Source: Pelagibacteraceae bacterium AG-345-O09
Lineage (GTDB): Bacteria; Pseudomonadota; Alphaproteobacteria; Pelagibacterales; Pelagibacteraceae
Assembly (NCBI GenBank): GCA_003281725.1
Contig: QCBC01000005.1
Location: 5,140 to 69,139 of the forward strand
Direction of reading: 5' to 3'
DNA: 64,000 nt
Below the pieces are notes generated by a model, which saw nothing but the letters and a program-made list of their open reading frames with translations, made no database searches and was not told the DNA's origin. Made by a program: the position numbers and the translations under genes. This document shows, piece after piece, positions 1 through 10,931 of this stretch. Numbering within the stretch: position 1 is the first letter of the stretch; every line of letters begins with the position of its first letter.

Positions 1-1
1 G

Positions 2-331
2 ATTGAAATAGGTGATATTGAAATAGCACCGTTAGCGTTTATGAGAGGAAGAACTTTAAAAAACTCTTTTGCTATTTTAGATGAAGCTCAAAATGCTACT
101 GATACTCAAATCAAAATGTTTCTGACGCGTATAGGAGAAAATTCAAAAATAGTTGTTAACGGTGATCCAACACAAATAGACCTGCCCAATAAAAGCATGT
201 CAGGCCTTGTAAGGTCAAAAAAACTATTGGGACATTTAAATGAAATAGCAGTTGTCGATTTTGATCATTCAGATGTAGTAAGACATCCTCTTGTTTCAAA
301 AATAGTAAAAGCTTATTCTAACAATGATTAG
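2..331 (+). CDS. phoH: PhoH family ATPase, 5'-truncated by window edge
   Basis: Frame is open from base 2 (IEIGDIEIAPLAFMRGRTL); motifs LDEAQN, GDPTQIDL, DVVRHPLV; precedes ybeY. Confidence 0.93.
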   Translation: MEIGDIEIAPLAFMRGRTLKNSFAILDEAQNATDTQIKMFLTRIGENSKIVVNGDPTQIDLPNKSMSGLVRSKKLLGHLNEIAVVDFDHSDVVRHPLVSKIVKAYSNND

Positions 332-785
332 TGTTGATGTTTTCTCAGAGGAGAAAGCCTGGTCAAAAAAACTCAAGAAAAAAGAACTTTTCTTTAAAAA
401 AATTTGTAAATCATTTCCAAAAAAATATAAATTTTTCCAAAAAAAAGTAAGCTTTACGCTTTTGCTTTCCAATAATAAGAGTATTAAGAAATTAAACAAA
501 AGCTTTAGAAAAAAAAATAAATCTACTGACATTTTATCATTTCCCTCTAATAAAAAACTAAAAAAAATAAAAGAAAATTATATTGGGGATATTATTATAA
601 GTTATAATTTTATTGATAAACCTAAATCTCAATCTTTAAAATCTTTTAAAGAAAAATTAATTAAGACTTTTATACATGGCTTCCTCCATTTATTAAATTT
701 TGATCACATTAAAGATAAAGATTATATAAAGATGTTAAAAGAAGAAGAGCTTATATATAAATCTGTAATTTCAAAGTTTAATTAA
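324..785 (+). CDS. ybeY: rRNA maturation endoribonuclease YbeY
   Basis: TDILSFP, GDIIIS and HGFLHLLNFDH zinc motif; phoH-ybeY-lnt synteny. Confidence 0.95.
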   Translation: MISVDVFSEEKAWSKKLKKKELFFKKICKSFPKKYKFFQKKVSFTLLLSNNKSIKKLNKSFRKKNKSTDILSFPSNKKLKKIKENYIGDIIISYNFIDKPKSQSLKSFKEKLIKTFIHGFLHLLNFDHIKDKDYIKMLKEEELIYKSVISKFN

Positions 786-786
786 A

Positions 787-2331
787 TTGAAAAAAAAATT
801 ATTTATTGAAAACCTATTTTTGGGCTCTATAGGAATATTATCTTCTTTAAGTTTGACACCTTTTAATTTTTTTATGATAAATTTTTTTACATTTTCTTCA
901 CTATATTTATTTTTAAATAAGAAATTAAAACAAAAAACAAATGTAAAGATTTTTTTTCTTTATGGTTGGGCATTTGGTTTTGGTTTTTTTCTAACTAACT
1001 TATATTGGATATCAATCTCTTTAACATTCGATCAAAATTTTAAATTTTTAATTCCTTTTACTTTAGTCTTATTACCAAGTTTTTTAGCTTTATTTTATGG
1101 TTTAATTTCTTATTTTTTTGCAGCTTTAAAGCCGAAGAGTGTTGTTAGTTCTTTTTTTATTTTTTCCTTAATTTTTGGAGTTATAGAATTTTTAAGAGGA
1201 ATAATTCTAACAGGTTTCCCCTGGAATTTAATTGTTTACAGTCTTTCTAACCAACTAGAACTTTTAAGCATAACTTCAATCATAGGCACTTATGGATTAA
1301 ATTTATTTTGCATCTCTTTATTTACAAGCCCAGCAATAATATTTTTAAGCAAATCAAAAAAAAACATTTTAGTATGCGTTTTTTTTGTAATTACTTTCAC
1401 ATCTTTTTACCTCTATGGTTCCTCTCAAAAAGATAGTTTTTATAAGGCAGATAGTAAAATTTATGAGCATAAAATACGAATAATAGGATCTAATATTTCT
1501 TTAGACAGATTTTATACTAGTGCAAATACTGTTGCTATTATTGAGGATCTTATAAAATTAAGCTCACCAAATAATAGTGAGAAAACAATCTTTATATGGC
1601 CTGAGGGAATTTTTCCAGATATTTCACAAAAAGAATTAAAAGAATTTAAATCATTGTTTGATCAGAGTTTTAATGAAAATCATTTCTTTGTCATCGGTAT
1701 AAATAAAAAGGTTTCTAATAATAGATCTACAAATTTTTTTAATTCATTATCTGTTTACGATAGTGAACTAAATATTTTAGATTCATACGATAAAATTAAT
1801 TTAGTGCCTTTTGGTGAATATCTGCCATTTGAAAGTATTTTAAAAGTTATAGGATTAAGATCTCTAACCAATAATTATCAACCTTTTTCAAAGGGTGAAA
1901 AAAGGAAACTAATTGAAATAGAACATGCAAATTTTACTTTGAAAGTATTACCTTTAATTTGTTATGAAATTATTTATTCAGGTAGATTATTTCAAAATTC
2001 AAATTACGATTTTATAGTTAATATCTCTGAGGATGGATGGTTTGGTAAATCAATAGGGCCAAAGCAACATTTTGACCATAGTATTTTTAGGGCAATTGAA
2101 AATGGTAAATATATCCTTCGCTCTTCGAATAATGGTATAGCAGCTATAATTAATCCTATAGGAATTGTGGAACAAAGGGTTGAATTTGGTGAGTCAGGTT
2201 ATGTAGATTTAGAAGAAATGCGAAAAATACAACCAACAATATTTTCCAAATATGGAAATAAAATTTTTGGATTAATCACTTTATTGTATATTTTATTAAT
2301 ATTTTCATTTATTAGAATTAAAAATGAGTAA
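787..2331 (+). CDS. lnt: Apolipoprotein N-acyltransferase
   Basis: Multiple TM segments, GFPW, WPE, K-x-x-LVPFGEY and ICYE catalytic motifs. Confidence 0.95.
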   Translation: MKKKLFIENLFLGSIGILSSLSLTPFNFFMINFFTFSSLYLFLNKKLKQKTNVKIFFLYGWAFGFGFFLTNLYWISISLTFDQNFKFLIPFTLVLLPSFLALFYGLISYFFAALKPKSVVSSFFIFSLIFGVIEFLRGIILTGFPWNLIVYSLSNQLELLSITSIIGTYGLNLFCISLFTSPAIIFLSKSKKNILVCVFFVITFTSFYLYGSSQKDSFYKADSKIYEHKIRIIGSNISLDRFYTSANTVAIIEDLIKLSSPNNSEKTIFIWPEGIFPDISQKELKEFKSLFDQSFNENHFFVIGINKKVSNNRSTNFFNSLSVYDSELNILDSYDKINLVPFGEYLPFESILKVIGLRSLTNNYQPFSKGEKRKLIEIEHANFTLKVLPLICYEIIYSGRLFQNSNYDFIVNISEDGWFGKSIGPKQHFDHSIFRAIENGKYILRSSNNGIAAIINPIGIVEQRVEFGESGYVDLEEMRKIQPTIFSKYGNKIFGLITLLYILLIFSFIRIKNE

Positions 2332-3493
2332 TCTTAAAAATTATCTTTTTACAAGTGAGTCAGTATCAGAAGGACACCCAGATAAAGTTTCAGATAGAAT
2401 TTCAGACATGGTTGTAGATAGCTATCTTTCTAGAGATCCATTTTCAAGAGTAGCTTGTGAAACACTCACTACAACTAATAAAGTTGTTTTGGCTGGTGAA
2501 GTAAGAGGTCCAGAAATTAAAAAAGACGAATTAATAGAAAAAGTTAGGAATTGTATAAAAGATATTGGTTATGACCAAGAGGGTTTTACTTGGAAAGAGG
2601 CTACAAAGATTGAAAGTCATTTACATTCTCAATCTGCTGATATTGCTAGGGGAGTAGACTCCTATGGAAATAAAGATGAAGGAGCTGGTGATCAAGGAAT
2701 TATGTTTGGATATGCTTGCAATGAAACTGATGTGTTAATGCCAGCTCCAATTCATTATTCTCACAAAATTTTAAGACTTATGGCTGAGGATAGAAAAATA
2801 GGTAAACTTAAAAATATAGAACCAGATTCCAAAAGCCAGGTTACCTTTGAATATATTGATGGTAAACCAGTTAAAATTAAGTCTGTAGTTATATCTTCTC
2901 AACATTCTAAGGATATAAATCAAGCTCAAGTAATAGATTTATTAAGACCCTATATGATTAAAGCAATACCAGGAAATTTTCTTGATGGTTTTAATGATGA
3001 TGAGTTTTATGTTAATCCAACTGGGAATTTTGTAATAGGTGGTCCAGATGGAGATTGTGGATTAACAGGAAGAAAAATAATAGTTGATACTTATGGTGGA
3101 GCTGCTCCGCATGGTGGTGGGGCTTTTTCAGGAAAAGATCCAACTAAAGTTGATAGATCAGCAGCTTATGCAGCAAGATATATTGCAAAAAATATTGTAG
3201 CTTCAAAAATAAGTAGTAAATGCTTAATTCAGTTAGCTTATGCCATAGGTGTTTCCAAGCCTTTATCAATTTATGTTAATTTGTTTGATAATGATTTGGA
3301 TAAGAATAAATTTGTCGTAGAAAAAATTAAAGAAAATTTTGATCTAAGCCCAAGAGGAATTAGAGAAATGCTTCAATTAAATAAACCTATATATGAAAAA
3401 ACATCTGCTTACGGTCATTTTGGCAGAACACCAGAAAATAATGGTTCATTTTCATGGGAAAAAACTGATAAATTGAGCATTTTTCACAAATAG
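2324..3493 (+). CDS. metK: S-adenosylmethionine synthetase
   Basis: [28 protein letters not shown] signatures. Confidence 0.98.
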   Translation: MSNLKNYLFTSESVSEGHPDKVSDRISDMVVDSYLSRDPFSRVACETLTTTNKVVLAGEVRGPEIKKDELIEKVRNCIKDIGYDQEGFTWKEATKIESHLHSQSADIARGVDSYGNKDEGAGDQGIMFGYACNETDVLMPAPIHYSHKILRLMAEDRKIGKLKNIEPDSKSQVTFEYIDGKPVKIKSVVISSQHSKDINQAQVIDLLRPYMIKAIPGNFLDGFNDDEFYVNPTGNFVIGGPDGDCGLTGRKIIVDTYGGAAPHGGGAFSGKDPTKVDRSAAYAARYIAKNIVASKISSKCLIQLAYAIGVSKPLSIYVNLFDNDLDKNKFVVEKIKENFDLSPRGIREMLQLNKPIYEKTSAYGHFGRTPENNGSFSWEKTDKLSIFHK

Positions 3494-3549
3494 TTTTTAT
3501 TGAATTAAAGAAAAACTTTATTATATTCGTATCACATTGTTGAAATATC

Positions 3550-3576
3550 AAAATGGGCTTAAGCCCATTTTTTTTT
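3550..3576 (+). promoter_or_regulatory. rimP-leader-like attenuator/terminator hairpin upstream of nusA
   Basis: Perfect palindrome AAAATGGGCTTAAGCCCATTTT followed by a T run, then GGAG SD at 3577-3580; GGGC/GCCC core resembles the rimP leader; candidate promoter TTGAAT-N16-TATATT at 3500-3527. Confidence 0.7.
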
Positions 3577-3591
3577 GGAGCAAACAAAATT

Positions 3592-5145
3592 ATGTTAAAT
3601 AAAAGAGCTGACAAACTTGAATTATTAAGAATAGCAGAGGCAGTAGCTTTAGAAAAATCAATAGATAAAGAATTGATAATATCATCAATGGAAACAGGAA
3701 TTGCAAAGGCTGCTAAATCTAAATTTGGCCAAGATAACGAGATTAAAGTTGTTATTAATCGAGATAATGGCGATATAGAAATTTTTAGGAGATTAATTGT
3801 TTCTGAAAATCCAGAAAACTCAAATACGGAAATTAAATTAGAAGATGCAATCAATCTCAATCAAATAAATAAAGACAAGTCGATTGGGGATGAGGTTTTA
3901 CAACCCTTGCCATCATTTGATTTTGGAAGAATTGCTGCTCAAACAGCTAAACAAGTAATTAATTCTAATGTAAGAGAAGCTGAAAGAGAAAGGCAATTTA
4001 ATGACTTTATAGACAAAAAAGATACTATATTAAGTGGAATAGTAAAAAGACTGGAATTTGGAAATGTGATTGTTGATCTTGGAAGAACAGAAGCAATTAT
4101 CCAAAAAAATGAAATTATCCCAAGGGAAAATATAAAAGCTGGAGACAGAATAAAAGCGTACTGCCATGATGTAAGAAGAGAACCTCGTGGACAACAAATA
4201 TTTTTATCAAGAGCCCATCCAAAGTTTATGGAAAAACTTTTTGTTCAAGAGGTTCCAGAAATTTATGATGGTTTAATTGAGATAAAATCTTCCTCAAGAG
4301 ACCCAGGAAGTAGAGCAAAAATTTGTGTTAAAGCTGTTGATACTTCACTTGACCCTGTTGGAGCTTGCGTTGGTATGAGGGGGTCTAGAGTACAAGCTGT
4401 AGTAAATGAGCTTCAAGGAGAAAAGATTGATATTGTTAACTGGTCTGAAGATCCAGCGATTTTAGTTTCAAGTGCATTATCACCAGCAGAAGTTCAAAGA
4501 GTTAATGTTGATTTAGAAAGAAAAAAACTTGATGTAATTCTTACAGAAGAAAATTTGAGCAAAGCAATTGGTAGAAGAGGTCAAAATGTAAGACTTGCAA
4601 CTAAACTATTAAATTATGAAATTAATATAATGACTGATGCCGAGGATTCTGAAAGAAGACAGTTAGAATTTAAGGAAAAAACTGATAATTTTGTAAAAAA
4701 TTTAGAATTGGATGAGACGCTTGGACAGTTACTCGTTGCTGAAGGATTTTCTACAATAGATGATATTAAAGATAGTTCGTTAGAAACTTTAGGAAAAATT
4801 GAAGGAATAGAAGAAGACACAGCTAAAGCACTTATTGATCGAGCAAAAGAATTTTATCAAAAAGATCAAGAACACATTTCTGAAAGAATAAAAGAATTAG
4901 GTTTGGAAGATACATTAATAAATCTAAAAGGTTTGACACCAGGAATGCTCGTTACGCTTGGAAATCAAAAAATTTTAACGTTAGAAGATTTTGCTGATCT
5001 TGCATCAGATGAATTAACAGGTGGATTTGATATCGTAAAAGGAGAAAGAGTTAAAATTCATGGTTATTTAGAAGATTTTGCTCTTTCAAAAGACGAAGCT
5101 GATGGACTAATTATGTCAGCAAGAGAAATTGTTTATAAAGATTGA
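3592..5145 (+). CDS. nusA: Transcription termination/antitermination factor NusA
   Basis: FGRIAAQTAKQVI, S1 and KH domains (DPVGACVGMRGSRV, AIGRRGQNVRLA), C-terminal acidic repeats; start moved to ATG 3592 after the GGAG SD. Confidence 0.97.
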   Translation: MLNKRADKLELLRIAEAVALEKSIDKELIISSMETGIAKAAKSKFGQDNEIKVVINRDNGDIEIFRRLIVSENPENSNTEIKLEDAINLNQINKDKSIGDEVLQPLPSFDFGRIAAQTAKQVINSNVREAERERQFNDFIDKKDTILSGIVKRLEFGNVIVDLGRTEAIIQKNEIIPRENIKAGDRIKAYCHDVRREPRGQQIFLSRAHPKFMEKLFVQEVPEIYDGLIEIKSSSRDPGSRAKICVKAVDTSLDPVGACVGMRGSRVQAVVNELQGEKIDIVNWSEDPAILVSSALSPAEVQRVNVDLERKKLDVILTEENLSKAIGRRGQNVRLATKLLNYEINIMTDAEDSERRQLEFKEKTDNFVKNLELDETLGQLLVAEGFSTIDDIKDSSLETLGKIEGIEEDTAKALIDRAKEFYQKDQEHISERIKELGLEDTLINLKGLTPGMLVTLGNQKILTLEDFADLASDELTGGFDIVKGERVKIHGYLEDFALSKDEADGLIMSAREIVYKD

Positions 5146-5155
5146 AAGATGAGTT

Positions 5156-7375
5156 ATGGAAAAAAAAACAAAATTAAAAATATCTGGTATAGCAAAAAAA
5201 TCAATCCAAAACATTGAGAAAGCAAAAACTCAAGGTAAAAATTCTGTAATAATAGAAAAGCAATCAAGCAAGTTTTTAAATAAGAGTGGTTCATTTAAGT
5301 CCAGTTTTAATAAGTCAAAATCAACCTCTCCATTAAACAGAGTAGCTTCATCAAAACCAAGTTTTTCTACAAAAACTACACAATTACCAAGTGATTTTGA
5401 AAGACGTAAATTAGCTGAACAAAGAGCTACAAAGAGACTTAAAGAAGATAACGAAAGTAAAAATAAAAAAAGTTTGAAATCTGGAACTAAAAAAAGAGAA
5501 CTTAAATTAACTGTTTCAAGAGCCTTAAGTGATCAAATAGAAGCAAGAGAAAGAAGTTTAGCATCTGTAAAAAGGGCAAGGCAAAAAGAAAATAAAAATT
5601 TATCAAAAGATGATAATCAAGAAAGTTTAAAACCTGTTAAAAGAGACATTAACATTCCAGAAGCAATTACAGTTAGAGAGCTTGCTAATAGAATGGCTGA
5701 GCAATCTAGTAACGTAATAAAGTATTTGTTTAGTATGGGGGTGACAGTTACTATCAATCAAACTCTCGCAGCGGATACTGCAGAGTTTTTAGTAAAAGAA
5801 TTTGGACATAACCCTATCAGAGAAGAGAAGGCTGAAGAGATAATCCAAAAGATAAAAGCATCAAGAACAGAAAATCTAAAAAATAGACCCCCTATAATAA
5901 CGGTTATGGGGCATGTAGATCATGGCAAAACCTCAGTTCTTGATGTTTTAAGAAGTGCAAATGTTGTTTCTAATGAATTTGGTGGAATTACACAACATAT
6001 TGGAGCTTATCAAATTGAAAATAAAAATAATAAGCTGACTTTTATAGACACTCCAGGCCACGCAGCGTTTACCGAAATGAGGGCAAGAGGTTCAAAACTT
6101 ACTGACATTGTAGTTTTGGTAGTAGCAGCTGATGATGGTGTTAAACCTCAAACGATAGAGTCAATTAAACATGCAAAGGCTGCAAATGTTCCAATAGTAG
6201 TTGCAATTAATAAATGTGATCTAGCTGAAGCAGATCCCCAAAAAGTTAAAAATCAACTATTAGAGTATGAACTAATAGCTGAGGATTTATCAGGAGATAC
6301 CTTAATGGTTGAAATTTCAGCTAAGACAAAATTAAACCTAGACAAATTGGTAGAGGCAATAATACTTCAAGCTGAAATTTTAGATTTAAAAACAGATTTT
6401 GACTCTAAAGCAACTGGGATTGTTTTAGAATCTAAAATCGATGTTGGAAGAGGACCAGTAGCAACTGTAATTGTAACAGCCGGAACTTTAAAAAAGGGAG
6501 ATTTTTTTGTAAGTGGATTGCGATGGGGAAAAATTAGGGCAATAATTAACGATAAAGGAAAAAATATCCACGATGCCCCACCATCAACACCAGTAGAAAT
6601 CTTAGGAATTAATGGAGCTGCAAAATCTGGAGACGATTTTATTGTCCTTGATAACGAAAAAGAGGCTAAAACTTTAAGTGAAAATAGAGCTCAAGAAATT
6701 AAAGAGGGAAAAAGTCCTTTAACATTTGCTACACAAGAGAGTGCTTTTACAAATAAGTCTTCTGAAGAATTAAATTTAATAATTAAATCTGATGTACATG
6801 GATCATCAGAAGCAATTAAAAGTGCTATTAGTCAAATCAAACATGATGAAGTAAAACCAAAAATAATTTTAGCTGATATCGGAATGGTAACTGAGACTGA
6901 CGTTACTTTAGCAAAAGCCTCAAATGCTGTTTTAATTGCATTTAACGTAAAACCAAGTAAAGAGGCAAAAAAGCTTGCAGAAAATGAAAAAATCAAAATT
7001 TCTTCATTTAATATTATTTATGAGGTCCTGGATTACGTTAAGCAAAAAATGTCTGGATTGTTAGCACCTGATGTTCAGGAAAAAATTACAGGTACTGCTC
7101 AAATTTTAGAGATTTTTAAAGTTTCAGGTGCAGGTAAAGTTGCAGGTTCAAAAATTACTGATGGTGAAATTAATAGTACTTCTGATGTAAGAGTGATTAG
7201 GGATGGCTCTATAATCTATACGGGTAAAGTAGGCACGTTATTTAGAGAAAAGAATCAAGTTAAACAAGTTAGTAATGGACAAGAGTGTGGAATTACAGTT
7301 AAAGATTACATGGATTTCCAAAAAAATGACACAATAGAGGCTTTTAGTGTTACATCTACAGAAAGGTCAATATAA
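5156..7375 (+). CDS. infB: Translation initiation factor IF-2
   Basis: [20 protein letters not shown] GTPase motifs; nusA-infB-rbfA order. Confidence 0.98.
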   Translation: MEKKTKLKISGIAKKSIQNIEKAKTQGKNSVIIEKQSSKFLNKSGSFKSSFNKSKSTSPLNRVASSKPSFSTKTTQLPSDFERRKLAEQRATKRLKEDNESKNKKSLKSGTKKRELKLTVSRALSDQIEARERSLASVKRARQKENKNLSKDDNQESLKPVKRDINIPEAITVRELANRMAEQSSNVIKYLFSMGVTVTINQTLAADTAEFLVKEFGHNPIREEKAEEIIQKIKASRTENLKNRPPIITVMGHVDHGKTSVLDVLRSANVVSNEFGGITQHIGAYQIENKNNKLTFIDTPGHAAFTEMRARGSKLTDIVVLVVAADDGVKPQTIESIKHAKAANVPIVVAINKCDLAEADPQKVKNQLLEYELIAEDLSGDTLMVEISAKTKLNLDKLVEAIILQAEILDLKTDFDSKATGIVLESKIDVGRGPVATVIVTAGTLKKGDFFVSGLRWGKIRAIINDKGKNIHDAPPSTPVEILGINGAAKSGDDFIVLDNEKEAKTLSENRAQEIKEGKSPLTFATQESAFTNKSSEELNLIIKSDVHGSSEAIKSAISQIKHDEVKPKIILADIGMVTETDVTLAKASNAVLIAFNVKPSKEAKKLAENEKIKISSFNIIYEVLDYVKQKMSGLLAPDVQEKITGTAQILEIFKVSGAGKVAGSKITDGEINSTSDVRVIRDGSIIYTGKVGTLFREKNQVKQVSNGQECGITVKDYMDFQKNDTIEAFSVTSTERSI

Positions 7376-7743
7376 TGGCTGATAGAATAGGAAAACCAAT
7401 TTCACAGAGACAGCTTAGAGTTGGTGAGATGATTAAACAATCTTTAAGTATGATTTTTTTAAGAAATGAGGCTAAGGTCCCGAATTTAGAAACAAATACA
7501 ATAACTGTTACTGAGGTGAGAATGAGCCAAGATTTGAAAATAGCAAAAGCGTATGTTCTTCCTTTAGGAGGAAAAAATGCTGAAGAAATTATACAAATTT
7601 TAAAAGATTATTCATTTATGATTAGAAAAATTTTATCTAAGAAAGTTAATATGAAATTTTTACCTAAGCTGATTTTTAGAAAAGATGAATCATTTGAGTA
7701 TGCTGAAAAAATTGAAAATTTAATAAAACAAACAAACAAATAG
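7375..7743 (+). CDS. rbfA: Ribosome-binding factor A
   Basis: RQLRVGE, ITVTEVRMSQDLKIAKAY, PKLIFRKDESF. Confidence 0.95.
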   Translation: MADRIGKPISQRQLRVGEMIKQSLSMIFLRNEAKVPNLETNTITVTEVRMSQDLKIAKAYVLPLGGKNAEEIIQILKDYSFMIRKILSKKVNMKFLPKLIFRKDESFEYAEKIENLIKQTNK

Positions 7744-7755
7744 GAATATAAAAAA

Positions 7756-8004
7756 ATGAACAAAAAAATACAAGAATTAGCAATTCATGATAAAGATACT
7801 GGATCTTCAGAAATTCAGATAGCTTTGTTAACGGATAAAATTGAAACTCTTTCAACTCACATTAAGAAGTTTAAAAAAGATAAACATTCTTCAGTTGGAT
7901 TGTTGAGGGCTGTCAATAGAAGAAAGAAATTGTTAGAATACCTAAAAAAAAACAAAATGGATTCTTACAAGAATGTACTGTCGAAATTGAATTTAAGAAA
8001 ATAG
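7756..8004 (+). CDS. rpsO: 30S ribosomal protein S15
   Basis: DTGSSEIQIALLT, HIKKFKKDKHSSVGLL, RRKKLLEYLK; upstream of pnp. Confidence 0.96.
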   Translation: MNKKIQELAIHDKDTGSSEIQIALLTDKIETLSTHIKKFKKDKHSSVGLLRAVNRRKKLLEYLKKNKMDSYKNVLSKLNLRK

Positions 8005-8020
8005 AAAATCAAGTTAGATA

Positions 8021-8065
8021 GAACGAAATGGAACGAAACGAACGAAACGAAATGGAAATGAAATG
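8021..8065 (+). repeat. Purine-rich imperfect tandem repeat (GAAC/GAAAYG units) in the pnp leader
   Basis: gaacgaaatg gaacgaaacg aacgaaacga aatggaaatg aaatg runs into the pnp start codon. Confidence 0.75.
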
Positions 8066-10135
8066 TTTAAAGTATATAAGAAGGAAATTGAAGTAGCAGG
8101 GAAGAAAATAAGTTTAGAGACAGGTAAAGTAGCAAGACAAGCAGACGGTGCAATTATAGCAACATCCGGTGAAACAGTTATTTTAGCAACAGTTGTTGGA
8201 GCAAAAAAAGTAAATCCAGATATGGATTATTTTCCTTTATCAGTAAACTATCAAGAAAAATACTACGCAGGAGGAAAAATTCCTGGTGGATATTTTAAAA
8301 GAGAAGCAAGACCTACTGAGAGCGAGACATTAATCTCTAGATTAATTGATAGACCTATCAGACCCTTGTTTCCAGATGAGTTTAAAAATGAAGTACAATT
8401 ATTACCAACTGTAATTTCTTATGATAAAGAAAATCAACCAGATATATTAGCAATCATTGCTTCATCCGCAGCATTAGCTATCTCAGGAATGCCATTCATG
8501 GGACCTGTAGGAGCATCCAGAGTAGGTTTTGTTGATGGCCAGTATATTCTTAATCCCTCAAAAGCTGAATTAGAGAACTCAAGTTTAGATTTAGTCGTAG
8601 CAGGTACTAAAGATGCTGTGCTGATGGTTGAGTCAGAAGCTAATGGTTTATCAGAGGAAGAAATGTTAAATGCTGTCAAGTTTGGACATGAGGGATTTGT
8701 CCCAGTAATCCAAATGATAGAAGAGCTAGCAAAAGAATGCAGAAAATCAGAATGGGAAGTTGAGAAAAAAGATTTATCCGAAGTAAAGAAAAAATTAGAA
8801 TCGACATTTACAAACGATCTTAAAAAAGCTTTTGCAACTAAAAATAAACAAGATAGATCAAATCAAATCTCAGAAATCACAGATAAAGCCAAAAAACTTT
8901 ATGAAGAAGATGAAAACTACACCGATCTTGACGTAAACAGCCAATTAAAAAGTTTAGAAAAATCTATTGTAAGAACTGATATTCTTAAAAATAAAAATAG
9001 AATTGATGGCAGAGGTTTATCTGACGTAAGAGCTATTTCATGTGAAGTTGGTGTCTTACCAAGAACTCATGGCTCTGCATTATTTACTAGAGGTGAAACT
9101 CAAGCTATAGTTGTTACTACTTTAGGAACTTCTGATGATGAACAGAGATTAGAAAGTTTAGATGGACAGCACAAAGAAAGATTTATGCTACACTATAATT
9201 TCCCTCCTTTTTCAGTTGGTGAAACTGGAAGAATTGGAACTGGTAGACGCGAAATTGGTCATGGTAAACTAGCTTGGAGAGCAATTAATTCTTCACTACC
9301 TTCAAAAGATTCATTTCCATACACTTTTAGAATAGTATCAGAGATAACCGAATCTAATGGTTCTTCTTCTATGGCTACTGTTTGCGGAGCATCTTTAGCA
9401 TTAATGGATGCTGGTGTTCCAATCAAAGAACCAGTTGCAGGTATTGCGATGGGATTGATTAAAGAGGGTGATGATTTTAGTGTCCTATCAGATATTTTAG
9501 GTGATGAAGATCATTTAGGTGATATGGATTTTAAGGTTGCTGGAACTAAAGATGGAATTACTTCACTTCAAATGGATATTAAAATTACTGGTATTACTTT
9601 TGAAATTATGGAGCAGGCTTTAAAACAAGCTAAAGACGGAAGAATTCACATCTTAGGTGAAATGAATAAAGCTTTATCAGCTTCTAGAGATGACGTTGGA
9701 AAACACACTCCAAAAATGGAACAGATTACAGTTGATAAAAAAGATATTGCTGCTGTGATTGGAAAAGGTGGAGCAACGATCAGAGAGATTGTTGAAAAAT
9801 CAGGTGCAAAAGTAGATGTGAATGATGAAGGGGTTGTTACAGTTGCTGCTCCAGATGAAGAGTCTAGAAATATTGCTATGCAATTTATTAGAGACATCAC
9901 TGCAAAAGCTGAAATGAATAAAATCTATTCTGGTAAAGTTATGAAGATTATGGAGTTTGGTGCATTTGTTAATTTCTTAGGAAAACAAGATGGACTTGTT
10001 CATATTTCAGAACTTGCAGATAAAAGAGTTGCTAAAGTTACGGACGTTGTCAAAGAAGGTGATGAGGTAAAAGTTAAAGTAATTGGTTTCGATAGGGGTA
10101 AAGTTAAACTTTCTATGAAACAAGCAAATGATTAA
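8063..10135 (+). CDS. pnp: Polyribonucleotide nucleotidyltransferase
   Basis: Two RNase PH domains ([34 protein letters not shown]), KH and S1 domains. Confidence 0.98.
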   Translation: MFKVYKKEIEVAGKKISLETGKVARQADGAIIATSGETVILATVVGAKKVNPDMDYFPLSVNYQEKYYAGGKIPGGYFKREARPTESETLISRLIDRPIRPLFPDEFKNEVQLLPTVISYDKENQPDILAIIASSAALAISGMPFMGPVGASRVGFVDGQYILNPSKAELENSSLDLVVAGTKDAVLMVESEANGLSEEEMLNAVKFGHEGFVPVIQMIEELAKECRKSEWEVEKKDLSEVKKKLESTFTNDLKKAFATKNKQDRSNQISEITDKAKKLYEEDENYTDLDVNSQLKSLEKSIVRTDILKNKNRIDGRGLSDVRAISCEVGVLPRTHGSALFTRGETQAIVVTTLGTSDDEQRLESLDGQHKERFMLHYNFPPFSVGETGRIGTGRREIGHGKLAWRAINSSLPSKDSFPYTFRIVSEITESNGSSSMATVCGASLALMDAGVPIKEPVAGIAMGLIKEGDDFSVLSDILGDEDHLGDMDFKVAGTKDGITSLQMDIKITGITFEIMEQALKQAKDGRIHILGEMNKALSASRDDVGKHTPKMEQITVDKKDIAAVIGKGGATIREIVEKSGAKVDVNDEGVVTVAAPDEESRNIAMQFIRDITAKAEMNKIYSGKVMKIMEFGAFVNFLGKQDGLVHISELADKRVAKVTDVVKEGDEVKVKVIGFDRGKVKLSMKQAND

Positions 10136-10138
10136 TCA

Positions 10139-10175
10139 TTTAATGGGGTATTATCTAAATTAATACTCTATTAAA
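10139..10175. terminator. Putative terminator hairpin after pnp
   Basis: TTTAATGGGGTATTA-N7-TAATACTCTATTAAA inverted repeat (with G-U pairs) directly after the pnp stop; no clear U tract. Confidence 0.5.
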
Positions 10176-10186
10176 ATATCCAAGTC

Positions 10187-10897
10187 ATGGAAATCAATTT
10201 TAAAAAACTAAATTTTTTTGTTGAACCAAAAAATTATCAAAGTTTTTGGGATAATTTTTTAAATTGGGAACAAAATGATTTAAATTTTGTCACCGAAAAT
10301 GGTGAGCAAGATAAAATATTTATCGATATAGGAGCTTGGATTGGCCCATATACACTTATAGCCGCTAGCATGGGCATGAAAGTTTATGCATTTGAGCCTG
10401 ATAAAGTAGCATTTCAAGATTTAAAAAAGAATATAGAATTGAATAGATTTAAACATAAGCCTGAAATTTTTAATTTTGGATTATCTGAATCGAACTCTAC
10501 GGCTTATTTATACTCAAATACGAATGATTTTGGCAAGTCAGAGAGTGGTTTAATAAACTATAAAAATCAGAAAAATACAAAAAAAACTCAAATAGAACTA
10601 AAAAACTTCTCTGATCAGATTAACAAAATTAAAATTTATAATTTAAATAATAAAATTAAGATTTTAAAAATTGACATTGAAGGAGGTGAATTTTTATTTG
10701 AAAAACAGATATATGATTTAATAAACTTAGAAAAAATTTATTGCATCTTATCATATCATCATATGATCTTTAATAAAAACAAGATTAAAAAAAATTTTTA
10801 TAAATTTAGAACTTTATTTTATCAAATCTATATTGATAAAATATATCCATCTAAAAATTTTTTAAGTATTGCAAATATTTTTAAATTCAAAAAATAG
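10187..10897 (+). CDS. FkbM-family SAM-dependent methyltransferase
   Basis: IDIGAWIG, VYAFEP and ILKIDIEGGE motifs. Confidence 0.85.
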   Translation: MEINFKKLNFFVEPKNYQSFWDNFLNWEQNDLNFVTENGEQDKIFIDIGAWIGPYTLIAASMGMKVYAFEPDKVAFQDLKKNIELNRFKHKPEIFNFGLSESNSTAYLYSNTNDFGKSESGLINYKNQKNTKKTQIELKNFSDQINKIKIYNLNNKIKILKIDIEGGEFLFEKQIYDLINLEKIYCILSYHHMIFNKNKIKKNFYKFRTLFYQIYIDKIYPSKNFLSIANIFKFKK

Positions 10898-10931
10898 TTT
10901 AAATTGAAATTGTAAAATTTATCTTTAATTT

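Noticed and set aside
2281-2330. SAM riboswitch upstream of metK
   Set aside because: metK start overlaps the lnt stop, leaving no leader, and no SAM-II/V-like structure was recognised
3553-3591. ORF-track N-terminal extension of nusA (similar extensions on ubiE, ubiB, dnaN, HIG1 and thiolase)
   Set aside because: Longest-ORF starts run through regulatory hairpins or neighbouring genes; downstream ATGs fit SD position or translational coupling better
8021-8065. CRISPR repeat or alphaproteobacterial LexA box
   Set aside because: No spacers and far too short for CRISPR; GAAC units are spaced N5-N6, not GAAC-N7-GAAC
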